Assembly (NCBI GenBank): GCA_951406725.2
Contig: OX597816.1
Span: forward strand, 107,694,001-107,758,000
Source of the DNA: Octopus vulgaris
Lineage: Eukaryota
Direction: 5' to 3'
Length of the DNA stretch: 64,000 nt
Shown one piece after another: positions 55,856 through 64,000 of the stretch (position 1 is the first letter of the stretch; every line of letters begins with the position of its first letter). Under the pieces are notes generated by a model. The model ran no database searches, had not been told where the DNA came from, and saw only the letters and a program-made list of their open reading frames with translations. Made by a program: the position numbers and the translations under genes.

Positions 55856-58479
55856 ATTATCATTATTGTTTTTGTTGGTATTGATGCTGGAGTTATTGCT
55901 ATTGTTATATGTTGAAGTGTCGAATATCTCTAAGTGAACTTAATCTGCGAGGAGAGTGATTTTTAACACATTCTAATTTATAAAAGATATTTTTTATTTG
56001 TTTCAGATTTAGTAACAGCAGTCTCTTTGATCACTTAAAAGTCTATATACCGCATTACGTGGGATGGAAAATAGTTTTTTGCTGATATTTTAAACTGTTT
56101 ATATATTTCTGACTAATAGCCATTTGCGATACTTAGACACGTTGGAAGAATGCCACTTCAAAAGCTTCAGAATGAAGGTGTTCGGCATAGTTATTGAAGC
56201 AGTAGCCTAAATATAAATGCAAATTTGTTTTTTAAACGTAAGAATACATTTCAATTATCAAGCAGATATTGAAAATGTGGAATCTACAAAGCTTCAAGCA
56301 TAAACGCTTGGACAACTGAAGATCGCAGAGTGAGGGGTGCTGGAAATATTAATATGAATGTGAAACAGATTGAAAAAGAATGATAACCTCCAAATTTTTT
56401 CAATCATATCCAACCAAAAGTAAAGACGCTGTTGACATGATATGCAAAAAAAAATGATATCATGGTTACAGTTGGAACATGATATTCATCGTTTTGTTTC
56501 ACTTGGGATTCGAAAACAGCAACATTCTATTATTTGTCAACTTCGTACTCACGAGCTACTTGCTTTGAATGAGCTCGAGCAAAATGTGCAGGAATAGTCG
56601 AGATATCTTACGAAGACCTATGTCTCCGTACAAGACGACTGCATCCAGAAAAAGAGACCAGGTAGTTGACATAACTTGATTTTCAAAAAAGTATGTAGAT
56701 TCACATATGACTTCGAAAAGGGCGTTGGAGAAAATCCTGGCCGTTCAGTCGCCGGAAGTCAACTCCTACGACCAAGGCAGAATATATTGAAACGTGTGTC
56801 TACCGTCTTTCTTTTTTAAAACCTAGGTGTACAATATATCTTCTCGAATACTAGTTGCTTATTACAAGAATTTCAGGAACATTACAGTATCCAATACAGC
56901 ATGCAAAAGGATGGGATTTGTATGGAAATCCATATTCTAACGAACCAGGTATTCTACATCATTAGGGACCGGAGAAAAGATCAATCAGACTTCGGTGTAG
57001 CGAAGAAGGCCAATGATTACACATGTGGTATTAAAGGCCACTTAAGTTTCATCTGTATAGATGAGGAGAAACGACAAAGGAAAAGAAAGTGTGGCAGAAA
57101 GCAGCGGAGTTAGTAGCAGCATCGACAACAGCAACAAAATCAATAACAACAACAGCAACAACAAAATCGACAACTACAACAGCAAGTAAATACTCCCTTG
57201 AGATGGAAACTATGGATCTATTACCTCCGTTCTAGCTGACATGGTCCATTCTTAAAGGATATGAGCAGTTTCCTGTTTTATCAAATTCGAATATGCTCAA
57301 TTATTCGAATATGCTGAAAAGAAATACACCTTTCTTATCGGTCAAAACCAATTCAACTTTTTCAAGTTTCACTGAAATTGTTGCGGCTGCTACTGCTGTT
57401 GTTGCTCCAGCTGCTGTGCTACTATTACTATCAATAGTAGTAGTAGTAGTAGTAATACTATTGATGTTGCTATTGATGCTGCTGCTACTGTTACTGTTCC
57501 TGCATATTGAAGTCAATGGGCGCCTCTAAGTAAGCTCCGCGAAGCAAGTAATTTTTAACCGTTCCAGTTTTACTGAAAGGAGGCCTGCTGATTTATGAAG
57601 ACCTTACCACATTACCTAAAGGAGATGCAACATTTATTTTTTTTATATCGAGATTGTTTACACACTTTTGGCAAATAACAATGTTAACACGCTTTGCAGT
57701 AATGAACAATTCCGGACTAGCAGGAAGGATGTTTACCACAGTGATGATAGCAGGAGACACACTATCAGAAGATAAAAAGAAAGAAAAAACAACTGCAGAT
57801 TGTTTTCGAACGAAAGAACCGATTTATTAAAAACAGCAACAACAACAACAAAAACCCAACAGAAACAACTCACAGGCAATAAAAATGGAATATAAATAAA
57901 GAGCTTTAAGCTTAAACCGTTATAGTTAGACTTGTAAAATGGAAGGCACAAAAATGAATAGGTTTGAAAATATCCATTTAGATGGAAAAATCAATACGAA
58001 GAGTAACAGCAAAGATAACTTTTCATTTTTTTTTTCAAACATTATGGGTCGAAGCAAGTGACTCTTCCTCAGCTGTCTCAGCTCAATGAGAAGGAGTTGT
58101 GGGAGGGGTATGTCACAAAAGACGTTCGTGACCGACAAAACGATGAGGGTGAAGGTAACAAACCATAGAGGAGCTTTTAATCATATATGCCCACAAGAGA
58201 AGATTTGTAGGAAGTTTTAGTTGATATACGATAGGGTATATGATCCATTAATCGGGCAGGGGTATAAAAGTGTGCAGCTGTTTATGCTGTCTTTTTTTTT
58301 TTAAATTGGAGAATCAACGGTGGAGTAGGTAGTGTTGTATGCGTTACAAATCTATCCTGAGGCTGGTTTCCAAATACAAGAATTTTAAGAAAAGCGAAGA
58401 ATTAAGTCCTTATCTCTCTTTGTTTACACGATCTATAAACGTCTTAACATAAATGGTTTCATGTCTCGAATAAAATTAC

Positions 58480-58705
58480 TCCTCCTCCTCCTCCTCTTCA
58501 TCATCATCCTCATCATCATCATCATCATCAGAGGCAGCCGCAGTAGCATCACCACCAGCACCACCTTACCAACAGCACTGACACCACCACCACCACCACC
58601 ACTGCCACCACTACCACCTCTATCATCACTACCACCACCCCACCATCACCATCATCACCGTCGTCGTCAGCGTTCCATGATCATGATGATCCTCATTATT
58701 ATTAT
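58480..58705. repeat. Compound trinucleotide tract (CCT/CAT/CAC)
   Basis: Direct observation. Confidence 0.85.
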
Positions 58706-58784
58706 GAATCGAAGCTTTTTCACTGGTAGATGCTATACCGACACTATACCAAAAGAGCGAAACATCAAATGGCCAAAGATCCTA

Positions 58785-59720
58785 TGAGTCATTACTTCCC
58801 CTCGTTAGAATCCTTGCTGTTCCTAACAAAGCTGTCTTTTGCAACAGTCCCATCCTGATTATAATTCCTAGCTTCTTAAGTTATGCATTCAACCTTTTAC
58901 AAAATGCTCCCAATGCGCCAACTACAATCGGTACGACTTCTAAGTACCCGGTTCTCCATAGTTTCCCGATTTCCTTCCCCAGCTCTCGGTATTTCATTCA
59001 CCCTGTGGTCCGACAGTGAAACAATATCCACAATAATTGCGTTATTCTTCTTTTCTTCGACCACAATTTCATATTTTCTAGCCAAGATAAGATGGTCACT
59101 CTGGATGGTCATGTCCAACAAGGTCTTGTATTATTCGGTTTCAGCAACATTTTCCATTTGGTGCTCATAGTATTTTTCATTTCTGTTCATGCCATACATA
59201 TGACGGAGCTTCCAAGAAACCAATCTGGCAATGTTGTCGTGCCTTTTCTTCTACACTTTCTGTACAAGCATCTTACATTCGCTAATAATATGGTTTATTG
59301 TTTCAGTTTTCTCACCACACAGCCTAGAAAGTGAGAGAGTCACTGACTTGTCAATAATGAAGTTGAAATAGTTTGTCCTCAGTGCCTGTTCTTGGACTGC
59401 AAAGGTAAGAGCTTTGGGTTCAGGTTTTAAGTCGATTTTACTCGTCCATTCCCAGATATTATCTTTGTCTACAGTGTCAGACATTTCCTGCAAGAACTAG
59501 CCATACATTTTTTCCCTTTCTATATATTCAATGTGTCTTTCTATCTGTCTTGTTCAAATTTTCCCTTTTTCTTTGCTTCTTCATTGATTAGGACTTTAAT
59601 CTCTCTTACTCCAGCCATCAATCTCTCCTTTGAATTCTTTACACACTAGTCCAGATTATTTTCCTCAGACACATTTCAGTGTTAATGAGACCTCCTCTTT
59701 GTCGGGGTAGATACAACCTT
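58785..59720 (-). mobile_element. RLE-clade LINE 3' fragment, degraded
   Basis: RLYLPRQRGGL, W.SKIDLKPEPKALTFAVQEQALRTNY, LCGEKTETINHIISECKMLVQK, RHDNIA, LQKTALLGTARIL; 5' end abuts (TAA)n. Confidence 0.88.
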
Positions 59721-59735
59721 TTATTATTATTATTA

Positions 59736-59812
<77 letters not shown>

Positions 59813-59831
59813 GTTGTTGTTGTTGTTGTTG

Positions 59832-59868
<37 letters not shown>

Positions 59869-60025
59869 CATCATCATCACCATCATTATGATTAAGGTGG
59901 TGAACTGGCAGTGTCTTTCATCCTTTCGGGGTCGATAATTTACGTACCAGTGAAACACTGGGATCGATCTAATCGACCAGCACCCTCATCCCAGATTTCA
60001 GACCTTGTGCCTTTGGTAGAAAAAC

Positions 60026-60101
<76 letters not shown>
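59721..60101. repeat. (TTA)n arrays flanking an internally deleted SINE-1 (59893-60027)
   Basis: AAGGTGGTGAACTGGCAG joined to CTTTCATCCTTTCGGGGTCGATAA between two TTA arrays. Confidence 0.85.
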
Positions 60102-60480
60102 TCGAAAGTTATTACAATTTTAGTTAGCAAAGATGTTGTCTTGTGGTTTGCCCTTCAAATCTCAAAAATCTTTTTTAGAATTCTTGTAGAATACCAGGTA
60201 TAACTTTCCTGCAGATCCACAATACTTATCTAAATTCCAGTATAGTCCAGCCTCTTAGGCAGCAATTTGTACGTTGTACCGATTACATCAATTAGCATGG
60301 AAACAATTTTCATCTTTGTGTTCCCTGAAATCTTTATCACTAGAGCTAAGTTCTGGTATTTCTTAGTTTTCTCAGTTTCCTTGATATTCACTCTATTAAA
60401 AGGATTGCAAAGTCAATCTTTTTTACGCTGTTTTACTACTCCACAGGAATATCTCGTCCCCTTGCCCCAGTATTATGATA
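60102..60480 (-). mobile_element. RLE-clade LINE 3' end, degraded
   Basis: ETEKTKKYQNLALVIK and DLQ...TRILKKIFEI*, followed by (TAA)n tail. Confidence 0.7.
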
Positions 60481-60719
60481 CGACTCTATGGAGAAATCTC
60501 ATTAAAAATCATGTAATTATCATTCACCTTCTTAGCCTACGGTTTATGCTCATATAACTTTCGCTTTACTAGAGACCCATAAATTTGGCTAACATCCCAA
60601 GGTACTCTTTTACCGATATTCATGCCTGCGTTTACACTATTTTTGTACGAGCTTATTGTACTCACTCAAAAGAGGGTTAATACATTTGTCCCCTTTCCCC
60701 CATATTTGTTGCATTACAA

Positions 60720-61115
60720 CGACTGAAAAAAACCTTGCAGCATTCATTCTAACGTTTTATTTCTTGAGTTTAAAACCTTTCGATGTCAACTTTGCTTTTC
60801 CATCCTCCTGGGTCGATAAAATAAAGTACTTGTTAAGACTAGGGGTAATGTTATCGACTACCACTCTCAAAATTGTTGGTCTTTCACGTAAATGAAATCT
60901 ATTATAATCGTGCGGTGTAATGGCAGAATTGATAGTGTCGGATAACCTGATTGACGATATTTCTTTTTGGATCTAAGTTCAAATACCACTAAGGTCAGTT
61001 CTACCTTTCATTTTTTCGGGGTGTATAATATAAAATACCAATCATGTACTAGATTCGGTGATAGCGGCAAATCCTCTTATCTCATGATTTCTCTTCTTGT
61101 GACTAAATTAGAAGC
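60720..61115 (+). mobile_element. Two tandem diverged SINE-1 copies
   Basis: TTTCCATCCTCCTGGGTCGATAAAATAAAGTAC and CCTTTCATTTTTTCGGGGTGTATAATATAAAATACC cores. Confidence 0.68.
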
Positions 61116-61149
61116 TATTTCTATTTAGATTATCAGCAACAACAGAATA

Positions 61150-63560
61150 CCTTTTTCTGTTATCGGATTTTAATTCATTTGTGATCCCATTTTTTTTTTT
61201 ACTTTTATGTTACAGGTAACTGTTTGCAATGAGAGATTTTAAATTTGTAATTCCTTCCCACTATAAGATAGGATAAGTTTGGATGATATTCCAAATCGTA
61301 AAGAGTTCTAAGCAGTAAAAAGCATTCCCGGAATATTGCCCATCTATTGTTCTACAGTCAATAATCATTGTTTTAGTATAGTATTCTGAAGCCCCAATTT
61401 TGTTTAATAACCGTTCCCTATTTCTCTTGTGTTTTTTTCGTTTCTTCATACAACTGTCTATTAAATTCAACATCTGTATTGATTTCGGTAACTTCTTTAT
61501 AAAAAAATGTTGTTTAGTTCTTTTAACTAAGTATGTTAATTTTCCACTCGTCATTTCGCGACATTATTGTATTCTGCAAAAATTAAAATTAGTTTTTTTT
61601 TTAATTCAGAGGTACCTTACATATTGTATTTACATAAATACAATTTTCTGTGTTAGATTTTGGGTAGTGTAAATGTAGTAATCATTTTCTTGTTTTCCTG
61701 TCCACGTTTCAAAATTCATTTAGGGCCCAGTTGAGAATATTATAGCGGGATCTCTAGTGTATGGAAGCCTATTACCATTTTTTTGTATTTAGCTTTGTTT
61801 TAAAGTATTAATTAATGCGTCTATAATATTCCTACTAAGTCCAAGTATTTGTACATCACTGTTTGGTGTAATTCTCTGTTATCTTATCTTGCATGATACT
61901 GTATCAATTTAATGTAGCTGCCTGTTATTGGTGCTACATTATTCATGGCTACTTGTTTCTAGGTAGACAATTTACATCATGCTCGAACATTTTTCTTCAT
62001 CTTATTTCTGTATCAACTTTATTGATTAATAATGTATCTCTATAGACATATAAACCTTTATAGTATCTCTTCTGCGCTTTTAGGAATAGCTTTTTTCTTT
62101 TCCAAATATACTTTGCGTAATCATCACATTTAATACTTTGTGAACTAAATTCAGATTCTGGAGGTTTGCTGTTCCTTAGCTTCAGAGATGTAAATAGTTT
62201 TCCCTCCAGTGCATGAGTATGGTTTGTATTCTGTTGTTTTGGCAAGTAATTAAATGATTTTGTTGCTACTTTCTATCTGTGTGTCTCTTAAATATTGTAA
62301 CCAGAAGTTTGAAATTTTTTCACTTCCAGTTGTTTTGCTTTTTTAGCGCCTGGACTAGATCTTGGCATCATAACAGCTTCTACGATTATCCAGTTACTGC
62401 GTTTATTTGTTTTAAACAATCTCCTCTGTGCTGATTCCTTTGCTTTCACCGGAATTTCACTAAATTTCTAGCCTCTGGTACTACATCCATTTCTGTTTTA
62501 TCTTCAACTACGTCTTGATAAAATCGTTTCGGGTTAGAGTCGAATTATTTATTTTGTTCAAAGTTTTGTTGTTGCTTCTCACACCAGCGAATTCTTTGTG
62601 ATTCAGTGCGGGTCTCTTGTTTCAGGCTTTCTTTGGTTTACGAGAATTCTTTTATAATTATGTAATATTTCTATAGTATTTGTCTCTCCTTTTTTGTTCT
62701 CAGTTGTCCTTTTCTCTATTGATTTCATTTTGGATTGAAACTTTTCTCTTATATTGTCTTTTTCAGTATATTTCTTTTCCATAATGTATCTTTCACTCTT
62801 ACTCTTTCATCGTTGAACTTTTATCTTTAGGGGTACATTTGTAGCTCTATAGGAAGATCTATTGATTTTCATTGTTTAATGATATCCACCTTCATAACAT
62901 TGCCAATTTTATGATTTCCATCTTTAGAATTATCATTCTTTAAGCTTTCTCATAGTCAGCATACTGTTGTTTGTGTTGTTCTTGTTCGATTTTCTTTGAT
63001 TTTTCTTTAGGTGTTGTGGAATTTGTTTCTTTGCGACTTTGTTATTTACTTTGTTTTACAGATATCATGTATATCTTAGCAGTTTATGCTTTTAATGTTT
63101 TTTTACTTCCCTTGTTTAAGCTTTGCTCGTGTTTTGTTTTTGCGTAATGTCTTCTATCTTTTCTGCTTCTACTGGTGATAACTTTTTTGTATTTGGAATG
63201 CATAATTTTTATTTAGTTAGGTTCCAAAGCTACTTTGAAATTAAGGTTATTGTCTCTCAAAACTTTATTCTAGAATATTGTAGCATTTTCCGTTTTGGGT
63301 TAGAATTTGACTGTAAAATATGCATGTGTTATACAACTATATATTGTCTTGTTTCAAAATCAGTAGTTTTGTCTTTCTGAGTTATTCACGAACCTTGAAA
63401 CCTTGATGAGGAACTTTCTGGTCGTTTATGCAATTTGTCACAATTTTCCTCGTGTATTGTTCTATATATTTATAACAATGTCGAGTTTTCTATATTCATA
63501 ATTTTTATTACATTTGCAATACATTTATTATATACGGTAAAGATCAATAAAAATCATATT
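61150..63560 (-). mobile_element. Ancient RLE-clade LINE body (N-terminal region to RT), heavily degraded
   Basis: QRIRWCEKQQQNFEQNK*FDSNPKRFYQ (~62515-62600), QNNWK, LPKQQNT: pre-RT motifs of R4/Dong-like ORFs; strongly A-rich minus strand. Confidence 0.6.
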
Positions 63561-63768
63561 CAAAGAACACAGTTCTTTTAATCTTTGGTTAACGACTATT
63601 TTTATTTGAAATATTTGTAATTGTTTGTGTGGACACAACTACATTGTCGCGTGTTAGTATGATGCTTACTCCGTTAGTTTCTTAAGCTGTGGTGTTGATC
63701 AACCAGCGTGAATATTCGTAATACAATGAATTTATGCGACGAAGATAAGTCGCACTTGTAAAGAAACA

Positions 63769-63891
<123 letters not shown>

Positions 63892-64000
63892 TTTGAGGAA
63901 TATGTCAAGAATCTGTTTTCTTTTTCAAATGAATAATTTATGTATATTTCGGAGGACACATAGGAATGGAGCTTAACAAGGATGTTCCAAATAACGAAAA

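Overview
Eukaryotic, AT-rich, repeat-saturated DNA with very dense di-, tri- and tetranucleotide microsatellites. The microsatellite load and SINE types suggest a coleoid cephalopod, probably Octopus (inference, not verified). I cannot confidently identify any intact host protein-coding gene, rRNA, tRNA or CRISPR array; most listed ORFs are microsatellite artefacts. Recognisable content is decayed mobile DNA: a Helitron 3' end with PIF1 helicase, mariner, Tc1 and pogo transposase relics, RLE-endonuclease (R4/Dong/NeSL-like) LINEs, CR1/L2-like and RTE-like LINE pieces, Penelope-like (GIY-YIG) relics, two SINE families and a probable solo LTR. The most notable structures are: (1) chains of RLE-LINEs and a ~555-bp non-coding passenger element, mostly sitting in (AAT)n tracts in a fixed orientation, some of the tracts being SINE tails; (2) several minimal hammerhead-ribozyme motifs in Penelope-type terminal repeats; (3) long hairpins at 51305-51406 and 45901-46053; (4) weak candidate micro-exons on the + strand. 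Boundaries were read by eye and are approximate.
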